A DNA stretch of 63,358 bases, filler included, from Olpidium bornovanus S191 (GCA_017911155.1; 32 parts of 32 records of this genome joined end to end with filler, not necessarily neighbours in it); one strand, 5' to 3'. Numbered from the whole stretch's first letter, positions 47,020-59,860 are shown. Notes: generated by a model not told the origin, from the letters alone. Made by a program: numbers and translations.

Positions 47020-48032
47020 CGCCCGCTCCGTGCTGGCGTTGAGGGCCCGAGCGGAAGGGCGGAGGCGAGCAAGTACGTCTGCTGACGCTGAACACGGCGC
47101 GCAACCGTCACGCTGACGTTGGAGGCGGCTGGTGATCGTCGGTGGCCGGATCCTTTTGGAGGCGGTCAAGATACGCATAGCCGGTCAGCGGATGCCACGC
47201 CGGGCGCACCCGACGACCGCCGTTCCAGTTCTCGACGTCGTTGGACGGAGGACTGAGAGAAGCGGCTGGCGGGCGGGGTTGCAAAGGGAGACGGTGAAAC
47301 GCACGCGGATCGCGACCGGGCCGAGTGCGACGGGAAAACGCGGCGGCTCTTGCGGGAAGCGGCGCACCGCGGCGAGCACAGCCGAGCGCGAAGCTAGCCT
47401 GCCTGAAGCGAGCACGCCCTCCTTTTACGGCCTTAACTGTGGGGCCGATCGGGAGGTGTGTCGGGCGCGGCGGGCAGGGGCGCCGGACGCTGCTGCGCGC
47501 CCGCAAAAGCGCATGACCGCCCCCGTTCCGCAGGGGCGCGCATTGTCGCGCGAAAATTCGCCGGCCGCACGCGCTGCGCATGAGAGAGAACACAGCGCGC
47601 CGAAAACGAACAGGCGTGCGGAGAAGGGCGCGCTGATGAACGATGACGACGACGACGGCGATTCACGTGCAGAAAGCACGATCTGCCGCCCGCCGTCAAA
47701 CGGTGGATATGCGGTCGCACTGTGCCGTTTGGGTACGCGGCGGCGGAGCAACGAGCCCTGCTCGGCAAAAAGCACGGTCGCCCCGAAGCCGGCGGGCCCG
47801 CATATGCCACCCATGCGCGCGATACTATGACAATCTAGTGCGGGCAGACTTCCTCCGTGTTTGTGAGATTGCAATACCGCGTTTCGCTGCCCTTTCATCG
47901 GAGGCGACTCTCTGTCACCATCCGCCGATACCNNNNNNNNNNNNNNNNNNNNNNNNNNNNNNNNNNNNNNNNNNNNTTAATTAATTAANNNNNNNNNNNN
48001 NNNNNNNNNNNNNNNNNNNNNNNNNNNNNNNN

Positions 48033-49469
48033 GCTCGCAGATGCTTTGCGCACGCGTCTATCCAGCCGTCGGCGCCCAGGGCGAGACCAAAGTTTGCGGG
48101 CGCGTACGGCACGTACGCCCACACCTGCCCGATCGGCCAGGTGTACGCCATGGGGACGCGGTTCCGAAAAACGTACGGCACTCCCGTGGGGGTGGTGTAC
48201 CGGAAGGTGCTGAACGTCGTTATGGCCGGTAACAAGTACGGGGCGGACACGCTCCGGCACGCCATCACTGGACCCGGAGGTCCCATAATCACAACTTGAC
48301 CGGGCTGTAGCGGCCACAGGACGGTCGGAGACGCCGCAAGCCGGTCTCCAACATGCCCGGACTCCCCTTCCTCCGTTCCACGCTGCATCCTGGGAGGCAC
48401 GGGCCCCGGGCTACTAGGTGACGACCGCCGAGAAATCTCGGAGGAAGAGTCTTCACCGACGAAGTTAGCGCCGAATTCTGAATTTTTTTTTTCGACGGTA
48501 GACGGGGTAATCCATTAGAATCCTCCCAAACTGTCTATCCAACGACTCGCCAATCAACAATCACCGGAAAACCACAACAGAGGACCCAACCTTGCGGTGC
48601 CGAAGCGGGCGCTGTTTCGTGCTGGCGGTAGCGGACGTCTGCCTCCGAGTCCATCTCAAGCTGCCGGCCGGCCAACTCAACCTTTGCTGATTCAGAGCCG
48701 GCTGTAGACGTCGAGGCGGTGCTGACACCAGCCGTTCCACTCTCCACGCTCAGCTCGCGGCCGGAGGCGGCATCTGGCGGAGCGCGCGACAACGCAGTGG
48801 CAGGAGATTCCGGCGACGGCGATTTCGGCAACGCCGCGGTTCCTGCGGGAGAGGTCCGGATCGTCCGCCGTGCAGATTTCTTCTTCGGTCTGCCCTGAGC
48901 GCGGCGCTTGCCGTCGGATTCGGAACGTCGGATGCCGACTTCTCGATGTTCGGCGCCCCAGGCCGCCTCCGGCAGGTCCTCCTCGGCCGCGGCAGCCGCG
49001 TCCTCGGCATCCGGCGAATCCCTCGGGGCCGGGAAGATTCCGCTCGCGGACGTCACCTTTTTCGCGCGTTTGCACTTCTTGGGGGAGGGTTCGTCTTCGC
49101 CGCACTCGGCGAGCTTCGCCTTGTTGTCGGCCTGCCGCTTCCTGCGCTCTCTCCCGTAACAGGTGCTGCAGAGCTCGTAGTTGCGTTTCCACACGGCCTT
49201 GGCGGTCGTCCCGGGGGCGCGGCTCCCGCACATTGTGCACTGCGCGCAGTCCTCGCAGAGGTACCTCCCCTTCGGCACGGACTCGAGCGAGGGGCTCACG
49301 CACTGGATGTGGAAACCGCGCTCGCACTTGTCGCACACCAGGAGGTCGCACTCCGGCTCGGCCTCCTGGCAGAGCTCGCAGAAAAGGCAGTTGAAGCAGC
49401 GCCAGGAGCTCGGCTTGGCGATCGACAGCCTCCGGCCCGCCGGAGCGTGCAGCGGGCCGCCTGTGGGCC

Positions 49470-49503
<34 letters not shown>

Positions 49504-49779
49504 GCCCGAAGGAGGACCGACGGGGGCGGGGGCGGCGGCGTCCTCGCGAGCGGCGTCGGCGACCGCGTCCGCGCAGAGGGCCTTGTCGAAGAACACCTCG
49601 TCCACGGTGATCCCGGCGGCGCAGTACTCGTGGTAGGCTTCGCCGCACTGGGAGCAGAAAACCAGCCGATCCGTCCGGGCGCGCCCCCGGCTGCCGCATA
49701 TGCAGATGTCGCCGGCGTAGCAAACGTCGTCCGCGGAGTCGATCAGCAGGAACGGAACAGACGGTTTCGTCGCCTCCAT
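48033..49779 (-). CDS. Tandem PHD-finger chromatin protein (MLL/Trx/Trr-like cassette), two exons, 3' truncated
   Basis: LVFCSQCGEAYHEYC..WRCFNCLFCELC..LLVCDKCERGFHIQCV..YLCEDCAQCTMCGSRAPG..WKRNYELCSTC; phase-1 intron (CAAG|GTTGGG..GCTAAC..AAG) links to a second exon. Confidence 0.85.
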
Positions 49780-49852
49780 GTTTTATTTGATCTTTCTCCC
49801 AGGTGTCCCCCCCCCCCCTTCCCGGGTCCCCCGCAGGGCGCGAGATGAGAGA

Positions 49853-49866
49853 GGGGGAGAGAGAGA

Positions 49867-49930
<64 letters not shown>

Positions 49931-49931
49931 A
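49853..49931. repeat. (GA)n microsatellite upstream of the PHD gene
   Basis: Long gagagaga run. Confidence 0.9.
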
Positions 49932-50059
49932 AGAGGACTTTTGTGGAACANNNNNNNNNNNNNNNNNNNNNNNNNNNNNNNNNNNNNNNNNNNNTTAATT
50001 AATTAANNNNNNNNNNNNNNNNNNNNNNNNNNNNNNNNNNNNNNNNNNNNAGGGGGGCG

Positions 50060-50129
<70 letters not shown>

Positions 50130-50639
50130 GAAAGCAAGGCACTCGAGCGGCGGGGGGAGGGGCAGAAAGGGATGCCAACTTTGCGAAAGCAAAGTACTTT
50201 GCTGGTGTCACGTTCATCCTCCTCTCCGGCTGAACGGCTCGGCTGAGTGGTGCCATGCCAGTCTTGGCATGCCATGGCAGGGTCTATAGCTGGCAACAAT
50301 AATAATTCAACGCACCGTTGTGAAAGAGAGGGGAGAGGGGGAAGGTGGGGGGGGGAAGCACAAGAGCCGAAAGGAAAGCCTGCTGCCCTTACCCACCCAT
50401 GGAAGGGGCAAGAGAACATCCATACAAAGTAGACTTGACGGGCATGGAGAAAAACGAAAAAATGCCTTCCGCCACTTTTAATTTCGCCTTGGAATTCGCA
50501 TCCGCGCACTCCGTCTCCGTCTTCGTATCCCGGGTTTCCGTTACACACGAATCTCCCCCACCCCCCGAACAACTGAGGCCCTGCGCTTGTCAGAGCCGCG
50601 CCTGCCAGATAACTTGAACGGCAAACCCGAAGTTTTGAA

Positions 50640-51155
50640 GCCGCCCATTCTCCCTTTCCGAAAGCTAAATTTGACACTCCTTCGCCCGCCCTCCGCAAAT
50701 CTCGCAGCAATCTGATGTCATTCACAAGAATAAACGTGCGGGGAAACACGAGGACAGTGATATGTTACCTCATGAATGCCTCCATCCGGGAGAGTGCCGC
50801 TGCGAACACAGAAAGTTCCGAAAGCGGCCGGTTAATGAAATGTCCCGAAACTCAATCGTTTCGTGCAAAACGCTTCGAAAGGTACCGTATGTATCCCGCG
50901 GAAGCTTGAACTTCAGAGATCCGGCAAAGCTGGTCACTGCGATGGCTTTCCGCCGAAGACTTTCCAGGTTCTATCCGTAATTCGCAGGTGAATAAACATT
51001 TTTTATTTAAAAAATTCGTCGTATTCACGACTAACATGCTCGAAGCGAAAAGTAATACAACATATCGCAAACGTACCCTTCTCCGCGCCTCCTCGTTGTA
51101 CGCCGCCGACTTGTCCCTCTCGTAAAGCTTCGTGATTACCGTCATCGTGGTGACC
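50640..51155 (-). CDS. Unidentified multi-exon gene fragment
   Basis: Phase-compatible exons give TVITKLYERDKSAAYNEEARRR|..SLRRKAIAVTSFAGSLKFKLPRDTY|AALSRMEAFM|RLLRDLRRAGEG; family not recognised. Confidence 0.4.
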
Positions 51156-51578
51156 NNNNNNNNNNNNNNNNNNNNNNNNNNNNNNNNNNNNNNNNNNNNT
51201 TAATTAATTAANNNNNNNNNNNNNNNNNNNNNNNNNNNNNNNNNNNNNNNNNNNNGGAAAAGACAGGAGAGGCGTTGAGAAGTCGGGATCCCCCGCGACC
51301 AGCAAAACAAGACGGAAAAAAAAAAAAAAGAGAGAGAGAGAGAAAACGAGAGAGAGAAATCAAAGCCAAGATCATGGCAACCAATCGGCCCCCCCGCAAC
51401 GCCGCAGTCGGAAAGGAAAAGGAGGGAGGGGGGGGGCGCCCGACGGGGCCGGATTACAGATCGAAAAGGCAGCGCTTTTCGCGGGCGCAGAAAAGAAAAT
51501 CCCGGCTTCTCGCCCCTTTTTTTTTTTGCTCTCCGGCCGACAAACCGTCCCCCTCGCCGTTCCTTCCCGGAAGGTCAA

Positions 51579-51618
<40 letters not shown>

Positions 51619-51625
51619 TTTTTTT

Positions 51626-51657
<32 letters not shown>

Positions 51658-51956
51658 TTTTTTTGTTTCCGGCGGCTTCTGCTCCGGTCCCGCTTGAAAC
51701 CTTCCCTGGACGGAATAATCACGGTTTTATCGCAGACCAAAGAAAAAAAAAATAAAATAAAATAAAAAATAAAAAAGAAAGAAAAAAGACCGTCGCCCCC
51801 TTTCTTCCTTTTCCCAACCAGCCCCCACCTCCCCCCTCCCTTCCCTCGCCCCCCCCCCCTTTCCGCCAGCGAAAAAAAGAGAAACCAACAAAAGAAAACG
51901 CCCGCGGGACGGGCATACTTCGAGATTTTTTTTTCTCGTTTCCTCAAATTCGCATC

Positions 51957-52520
51957 ATGTCCAAGCAGCGGTCGAGGCTCGCTCCGGGGGCGAAAGGCGA
52001 GGGGGGGCGGAACGACATCGAGAGAATCGGCCTGTTCAGCGAGATCGGGTACATCTCGACGGGCGAAAAGTACAGCGACAATGCGGGCAGTAAGGAAGAA
52101 GCCCGGCGTCTTGTTTCCTCCCTCCTCTCCATCTTTCTCTCTCTCCCTCTCTCTTTTTTTTTTTTTCGGACGAACGAACCGAAGGCCGCGGCATATAAAG
52201 ATGCTTGACAAGATTTCTCCCGCCGCCCGGCCTGTTTTCTTTTTTCTTTTTTCCTTTTTCTTCTTCCTCGTTCGGGGGGTTTCCTCTTTTGCCAGTCAGC
52301 CTCATCCCGGAGAGAGGAAAGGGAAAGCAGCTCCTCACGAACCCCCCCAAGAGGGGCCACGACCTGCCTTCGGTGTACGTCGAGAAAACCTTCGTGCGCG
52401 CGTTCGAGGGGGAGGGCTACACGGACTACGTGGCGATGCGGAGGAGGGACCGGCTTTCGAAGAGGGGGCCGAACATTGTCCAGGAACCTTTTCAACCCTC
52501 CCGCGTCCCGCCGAAGCCGG

Positions 52521-52523
<3 letters not shown>
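51957..52523 (+). CDS. CFAP96: Cilia/flagella-associated protein 96 (C4orf47/UPF0602), first exons
   Basis: EGGRNDIERIGLFSEIGYISTGEKY and TFVRAFEGEGYTDYVAMRRRD match the remembered C4orf47 N-terminus (EGGKTDMERIGLFSEMEYIT; FVRIFEGEGY..VRRRD). Confidence 0.8.
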
Positions 52524-52576
<53 letters not shown>

Positions 52577-54386
52577 CTTAAAAAAAAANNNNNNNNNNNN
52601 NNNNNNNNNNNNNNNNNNNNNNNNNNNNNNNNTTAATTAATTAANNNNNNNNNNNNNNNNNNNNNNNNNNNNNNNNNNNNNNNNNNNNAAATGCCCGGCC
52701 CGCGTGGGGGCGGACTGTCCGTGGAGGATTCTACGCGGTGGATAACGGTCGCGGCACCAAGAAAAAAGAAGACCCACCGTACTACTTTGCGCCTGCCCAG
52801 ATAAACATGGCCGTGTTGGCCGCGCCTCTGGCTGCACAACAGCATCTGCACGTGGCGGGGTGGACGACGAGCAGGGTGGCTCTCCTCTTCGCTACCACGC
52901 TGGCAGCCGATTTCTCCCCGTGTTCACGGCGGTGACGCCGCCGCCGCCTCTTGCACGGGCGCGCGCGCTGGTGTACACATGCAACGCCCGCGAGGGAACC
53001 GGCCAGCGGAGGGCCGGAAATGATAAGGGAGTCCGTTTGGCACCGCCGAGCTCTGACTGGGCTTTGCGCTCACGTTCTTGCAAACGCGGCTCTGATGAAA
53101 TGTCGTGCGTGGTTTGTGTTTTTCGTGAACCTGCGATGGTTTAACGCGCCGGGGACCCTCTCACCAGACTACAACGGCCGAGAACCGTCTGATCCCTTGG
53201 CCGTCCGCTAATTCTCGCCTTCCCGCCGTTTGGACAACTCGCCGGCGTTTCTGCTCCTCACCAACTTCATTCCGTCGGCTTTATCCGTGGTGCCGTTCGC
53301 GGCAACTTATGCCGTCTCGGAGCATTTCGCGATTCGAAACTCGAGCTACGGCACCCACTTCATTTCGTTGTATTAGGCGACGTGCTTCACAACTTGGTCC
53401 GAGCTGGGCCCCGTCAAACCATGTGGGAGGTGAGCGCTGTGCTTTCGAACTGATCCCCTGCGAACCGGGCAGCTCCCCACTTCTTTTTCCGGGCTCTCAA
53501 CGGGGAACAAGTTGGGGGCACGCCATGTCCCCAGTTGGCGCCTATCCCGGGGGGATCGCCCATGGCTTGACTTCATGTTAGCCTGTTGTCGTCCGCTCTG
53601 CGGTCGTGGAATAACTTCGTCTGGTACACGGAGAACACGCACAATAACTGAAATCCGATCACCGCCACGTTTTGAATGAAGAAGAAGTCGACGAAAACGC
53701 GGAATCCCCGGAAGACGAGGAATCTCAATTATGAGACCTCTCGATACGGCCGACGACCGGTTTTTCGCCATCATGACTACGACAAATAACCGCGCACCAA
53801 AAAACGAAAATAGATGAGACAGGCATACATATGGGTCGTGGTCTTTCTGACCGCGGTGATTGTAAGCGAGATCCAGGATCTCCCCGGTACAGCCCTGACC
53901 TCCGGATACTCACCGGATTTATTGGGCCGGATGCCCTTCGGATGCGCCACGGCAGAAGCCAACGATGAATCCCGCCCAGTCGTTGAGATACTGTTCCGGA
54001 AACCGCGGGCCCCGGCAAGGGAGGAGGCTAAGTCATCCTCTGGTCCGAGGCCGCGGTGCAGATCGCGACGACGAAGGAGCGCCAGAACCTGTTTCGACGG
54101 CTAAATAAAATTGCCGTTTCACAGGGCATCTCCATCGCCGTCTCGTTCCTAAAGACCTTTTATAGTCCGGTAGACGGCAAGGGTCGCAACGTAGGAGTCC
54201 GTCGTGAGTCTCAACGGCGGCGTTATCTATGAACAGGAAAAGGCATCTGGTGCCATTCTTAGAATGCTACCGCGTCCGCGCCGCGCAGGAGGGCATGGTG
54301 GTTTGCCATGTGTCAGGGGTCGGGAAAACGGGCGAGGTCGTTTGCCGCGACCTCGACCATCCGTCTGTATTCCGCCACTGCACCAT

Positions 54387-54463
54387 TATTACCTACTATT
54401 AATATTTATTACCTACTATTAATATTTATTACCTACTATTAATATTTATTACCTACTATTAAT
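54387..54463. repeat. 20-bp AT-rich minisatellite (tattacctactattaatatt) x~3.9
   Basis: Exact 20-bp periodicity. Confidence 0.95.
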
Positions 54464-54646
54464 TTATTAGTATTGGGAAGTTACTGTAATAATTATAAAT
54501 TATTTAATACACCTAATTATCTGATTAATGCAATATTCTAGCCAACNNNNNNNNNNNNNNNNNNNNNNNNNNNNNNNNNNNNNNNNNNNNTTAATTAATT
54601 AANNNNNNNNNNNNNNNNNNNNNNNNNNNNNNNNNNNNNNNNNNNN

Positions 54647-55678
54647 CATGTCGCAGCTGACCGAGCGCACCCTCATCATCGACCGCGGTCTGGCGCTGCA
54701 CAAGATGATCCGGTGAGGCGGATAGACGGCATAATCTGAGTTGGCAACGCTACCGGCTGACGCAAATTCGAGTCACTTAGGTTGATTACCCACTCTCTAG
54801 GAGGAGAGGGCTACCTGAACTTCGAGGGCAACGAGTTTGGGCACCCGGAATGGCTGGACTTCCCACGTGCCGGAAACAACAACAGTTTCCACTACGCCAG
54901 GCGCCAATGGAATGTGGTCGACGACCACCTGCTGCGCTACAAGTCTCTTAACGAGTTTGATCGCGCCATGCAGCTTCTGGAAGAGGAGACTCGATGGCTG
55001 ACCTCGCCTCAGGTTCGTGTGCAATTTTGTCCCGGACGGGCAGAACGTGTGGAAATTTGAAGTTTTATGTAGGGGGTGCTATTTGAGGGGAAGGGGTGCG
55101 GAAAGTCGCTCAAGTGGCATTCCGCTGCTTCTCGGGGAACGCAGGCATTCGTCTCGCTCAAGCACGAGGTCGACAAGGTCATTGCCTACGAGCGTGCCGG
55201 CCTCGTCTTTGTCTTCAACTTCAACACGAGCAAGTCATTCACGGAGTACCGCATCGGCGTCGACGTTGCCGGTACATACCAAGTGGTTCTTGATACGGAC
55301 GCGAAGGAGGTAATTTTTGAGTGTGCAGGTCCTCGTGGCCTCTGCGCACTTCCGAGCGCCCGTTAAGGCGAATGCATAGGTTAGGTGCCAACAGAGACTG
55401 CCCTCTGTTTTACCGATTCCGCCATTACTCTCCCTCTCGCCCTGTCACAGTTTGACGGCCACCAACGAATCGACCGTTTGCGCCGGCACTTCACAGAGCC
55501 CCTCGAATGGAACAACAGGAAAAACTTCCTCCAGGTAGGCTTGCCGGAGCGGAGTTGCGTGTTTTACAAAGTTCCGGTGTGTTGGACGCTAAACGCCCAC
55601 ACCGGCGGTTTTTTTGCATCCGGAAAACGGCAGGTTTACATTCCCTCTCGCACGGCCATTGTACTCAAGAAAATCTGA
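54647..55678 (+). CDS. GLC3: 1,4-alpha-glucan (glycogen) branching enzyme, C-terminal exons
   Basis: [12 protein letters not shown]|[57 protein letters not shown]-stop. Confidence 0.96.
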
Positions 55679-56255
55679 CCTGCCGCGTCGTGCGTCTGCG
55701 GGGAGGGGCCCGCTTCGCGAACGCTTTTTCTTTTTCGGGTTATAGAACAACGGATCGTAGATAATGTCCAATTCGGTGCAGCACGTTTTTTTGTACGATT
55801 CTATATTCGGGTGCAGGGGGCGGGATTCTTTTGCCTGTAAGAATCGATAGAATTAAGAATTTTTTTTTTTTTTTTTTACACGCACACACTCCCGTGCATC
55901 GCTTACACAACGTCTAATTGGCGCAGAGACGGTTAGGGGCCTGTTTGTAATTTGTCGGCTAGAACCGGCGGAGGACGGCGGGATGGGCGTGAGCGCGGGT
56001 TTTCGGGGGAGGGCGCGGGTGGGGACAGGGGGGGCCGTTTGTTGCCGCCTTGGGGGCCCAAACGCGAGCCTCGGGCGCCGTGGTAACGAACGGGGGGTGG
56101 GGTGCGCACTGCGCATTTTCAGGGTGGTTTAGTAGATTTGGTGACGGTCGCGACGATTTTCGCCTCGGAGAAAAGGAAAAACGCACGCGCCCACGCACCA
56201 CCGCTCGCCCAATCTCCTCCTGTCGAAAAGTAAATGGGGGCGGGGGGGGGGGGGG

Positions 56256-56286
<31 letters not shown>

Positions 56287-56554
56287 CCCCGGTCTCTCGG
56301 GGCGGGAGGGGCGGGTGGCGGAGGAAAGNNNNNNNNNNNNNNNNNNNNNNNNNNNNNNNNNNNNNNNNNNNNTTAATTAATTAANNNNNNNNNNNNNNNN
56401 NNNNNNNNNNNNNNNNNNNNNNNNNNNNCATGGTACAGGGGGTGGGGCGCGCCCGGGGCCCCCCGCGGGCCCGGGATTTCTTGGCGGCGGTCCTTTCAAG
56501 CCTTTTCTTTCTCTTTTTTTTTTTTTTTTTTTTTCCGTGTTGCCTCCTTCGCAG

Positions 56555-57704
56555 GATGGTCAAGGAGGACCATTATGATTACAGCCCGTTCAGCGTCCGC
56601 AGAGGGCGAGCGCCGGTTCCCGGACCGCCGGTTCGGTAGGAAACCATCTCGTTCGGCCGACGCGGGCCCGCCCAGTCAGAACTCTACCTTTTGGTGACGG
56701 CGTCTCCCTTTTATCCTAGGCTCGATGTCGGTGGCATCCGCAGCTGGCTCTCGCTCGGGCCCAGCCCCACCGGCGCTGTTGCGTGCATGTCGACCGGCCA
56801 GCAAAAGTCAAATCCGCCGCCCTTGTCGTCGGACTCGGAGAGCTGCACCGATGACGACCTGTCCGAGCCTTCCGCGCCCACCGTCAACGCGGGGGGCGCG
56901 AGTTTCCTGAGCACGGGACCGCAGACAGGGTCCACGGTCGGGAATGTGGGAGGGAGCATACCTCCAGCGCCGCCGCCCCCGGCGGTGCTGAAGGAAAACA
57001 GCACCGAGACGGTTATCAAGCGGCTCACGGCCCCGACGGTCACTCAGGCGGAAGCGAAGGAGTATCGGAGGTCAGTGCCGGGAAAAATTTCGGGGGGCCG
57101 CGGGCGGTTCGGTTTCTTCAGGCGGTCCCCTCAAGCAACTCGCCCGGGGGGCGGCAGGTACATAAACCAGTTCCGGACCGTGCAGCTGTGGGCGGCGTCG
57201 AAATCGCACCACACCTCGCCCCACCGCCGCCGAGGGCCGCACCGGCTCCACTCGGTCCACTCGCCGCCGCTCGACACGGGATCGCCCGACGCGGAACGCG
57301 CGCATCCCGAGTACGCGACGTACATGGCGTACGTCCTCCGCGGGAGTGCCGGCCCGTCCCGGCAGGCGGCGGCGGCGGCGGCGGCCCCGGCCCCGGCCCC
57401 GGGCCCCCGGTCCGCCGCGACCCCGCACTCCCGGACGTCCCAGAGAGGGGAAAGCGCGGCCGAGTCCTTCGCCCCGCCAGGGTCGTCCGCGCCCGGGGCG
57501 GCGTACAAACGGCGCCGGCTGTTCGGCGGCGGGCGCGGGCCCGCCGCGCAGCCCGGCAGCCTGAGGGTCCGGGAGGTGGACGAGAGGGTGTACGCCGCGT
57601 ACGCCTCTTTCCCCAACCGGGTCATGAAAGAGCTCCTCCCGGCCGCAACCGTCCCGGCCGCGGGCCGCTACGAAGAGTACGCGAAATGGCTGCAAGTGCG
57701 ATGA
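56555..57704 (+). CDS. FIG4: Probable Fig4 polyphosphoinositide phosphatase, C-terminal tail exons
   Basis: DYSPFS, VIKRLTAPTVTQAEAKEYRR|YINQF and terminal RYEEYAKWL resemble fungal Fig4 C-termini; the SAC domain is not on this contig. Confidence 0.5.
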
Positions 57705-58141
57705 TTCGGTGGGTGGGTGTGTGTGTGTGTGTGTGTGTGTTTGTGTGAAAATTCCGTCGTGTGAAAATTTGCCGAGCTGCCGGGGAGAAAGGGTGGTTCG
57801 CCCACGGTTGTTTTTTTTTTTGCCCGCTGATTTAGCAGGGCCGGCCGCGGGGAAAAACTTTTCGCCCCAAAAGGGAAAAAAAAAAAAAAAAAAAAAAAAA
57901 GAACGAAGTCTTTGGCGAATCAACGAGGGCGTTAAATCTGATCTCAAAAACAGAAAATGTTTTTGAAACAGGGCGTCCGTTTTATCTTTCCCGGGGGGCG
58001 GCTTGATTCGCCTGGCGGCCCTGTTTGGACGCGCGGTCTTTCTGGTGAAGTTTGCGGCGGGCGACCCGCGCAGGAGCGAGCCCACGGAGCTCCGAACGAC
58101 GAGGAGACGGGGGGGGGGGACGGGGGGGCGGGGGGGGGGGG

Positions 58142-58220
58142 GGGGCTCGTTTATTATTCCGTAATTCCACCCGGTTTTATAGAGGAGTTTCAGGGGTAAA
58201 AATCGGCGGGCGAAGTGCTC
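58142..58220 (-). repeat. ~78-bp dispersed element, copy 2
   Basis: Its reverse complement aligns to 32334-32410 with small indels. Confidence 0.85.
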
Positions 58221-58814
58221 TATCCTCCCCTGGAAACCCCACCTTTCTTTCTCGTCAATTCCCCCCACCCCCCCCCCCCCCGTTTGCGCCCGGGTACCCC
58301 CCCGGGGGGCGCGAGAACGGTTTGCAGGAAAACGGGACTCGGGAAACGCGGAAGGGGGGGGGGGGGGATTANNNNNNNNNNNNNNNNNNNNNNNNNNNNN
58401 NNNNNNNNNNNNNNNTTAATTAATTAANNNNNNNNNNNNNNNNNNNNNNNNNNNNNNNNNNNNNNNNNNNNCCCCCACCCCCCGGCACCCCCGCCCCCCC
58501 ACACCCCCCCCCCCCCCCCCGCCCCTCGCGCGCCGCTCTTTCGCCCCGCCCGGCGGGAAGCTGCGGGCAGCCGTGTTGTCGCCGGCTCTTCTGCTGACCG
58601 CCCGCCCTCCCACCGCCCCGGCGTGCCTGGGCAGAAACGCGGCGGTGGAAAAATTTCCGCTTCGCCCGTCACCCGCGGAGACAGAAAAAAAACCCCCAAC
58701 TTTTTTGGGCTTCACCTTTGCTCACTCGCCGCGTCTTGCTTGTTCCCTCACCCCGTTTCCTTTCTTTTTGTTTCTTTCGTTTTTTCTGCTCCTATCCGCC
58801 GCGTCGCGTGACAG

Positions 58815-59488
58815 ACCGTCAAAAGGCGTAACCACGGACGCAACAAGTCCAACCGCGGCCACGTCAAGCCCGTGCGCTGCACCAACTGCGCCCGCTGCGT
58901 GCCGAAAGACAAGGCCATCAAGCGCTTCATTGTCCGCAACATGGTCGAGTCCGCCGCCATCCGCGACATCACCGACGCCTCCGTCTACGACGGTAAAGTT
59001 CTCTTTCGACAGCCTGCTTTTTCTCTCCTCTTTCTTCCTTTCCCCTCCCCCCCTCTCCCCGCCCAACCCCGCCCCGCCCCGCCCGCCTTACTACTGTCGC
59101 TTTTTTTTGGCAAGGCTGCTGCGCGGCTCTTCCAACTGCGAGCCTTTCTGGGTTCTTACTGCTCTGTGCGCCTTTGAATATCAGAGTTCACCCTCCCGAA
59201 GCTGTACATCAAGCAGCACTACTGCGTCTCCTGCGCCATCCACGCGAAGGTCGTCCGCGTCCGGTCCCGCGAGGGCCGACGCAACCGCGCCCCGCCCCCG
59301 CGCTTCAGGTTCAACAAGGTAAACGGGTGGTCCACGCGGGCGGGCAACAGACCTTTCGGTTCCGGCGCTGCGAAACTCGGTTTAAAAAATTACCTGCCTT
59401 GATTACTCCCGAAATAACCGCACAGGACGGAAAGAAGATTCTCGTGGACACCAGGAAGCCTGCCGGGCCCGTCCCCGCCAGGACCTAG
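58815..59488 (+). CDS. RPS26: 40S ribosomal protein S26 (eS26); the ATG exon is not on the contig
   Basis: [55 protein letters not shown]. Confidence 0.98.
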
Positions 59489-59819
59489 GGCCCTTTTCGG
59501 GTACACCGGGGCTTTATTTGCCAGCAGACGACGCCGCAAGCCAGACGTTCGCTGCGCCGGGGCCGGGCACGTAAAGAAAAAAAGAAAGCCCGGCGGAAAA
59601 GTGCGTGCAGGCCGCGTCGGTCGCCTCGCGCTTGTGCGTCCTGACGCTTCAGACTGGTTCCCCGGTAACTCGCAAAGTGTCTTGTAACGGCGTGAACCTT
59701 GTTGCGGAGTAAATACGAACATAGTTTCGGTATGGAAATTGTTGCCTCGTGCCGTGGAATGGAGGGGGGTGATTTGTGAATGCGCAATCGCGACGCCCCA
59801 TACGCTGCTACCCCTTCTC

Positions 59820-59860
<41 letters not shown>

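Noticed and set aside
51373-51381. RFX X-box half-site (CATGGCAAC) upstream of CFAP96
   Set aside because: Half-site only and ~580 bp from the ATG; RFX control of ciliary genes is considered animal-specific.
52689-54380. Contig 28 ORFs as transposase or retroelement remnants
   Set aside because: No recognisable motif in any frame.
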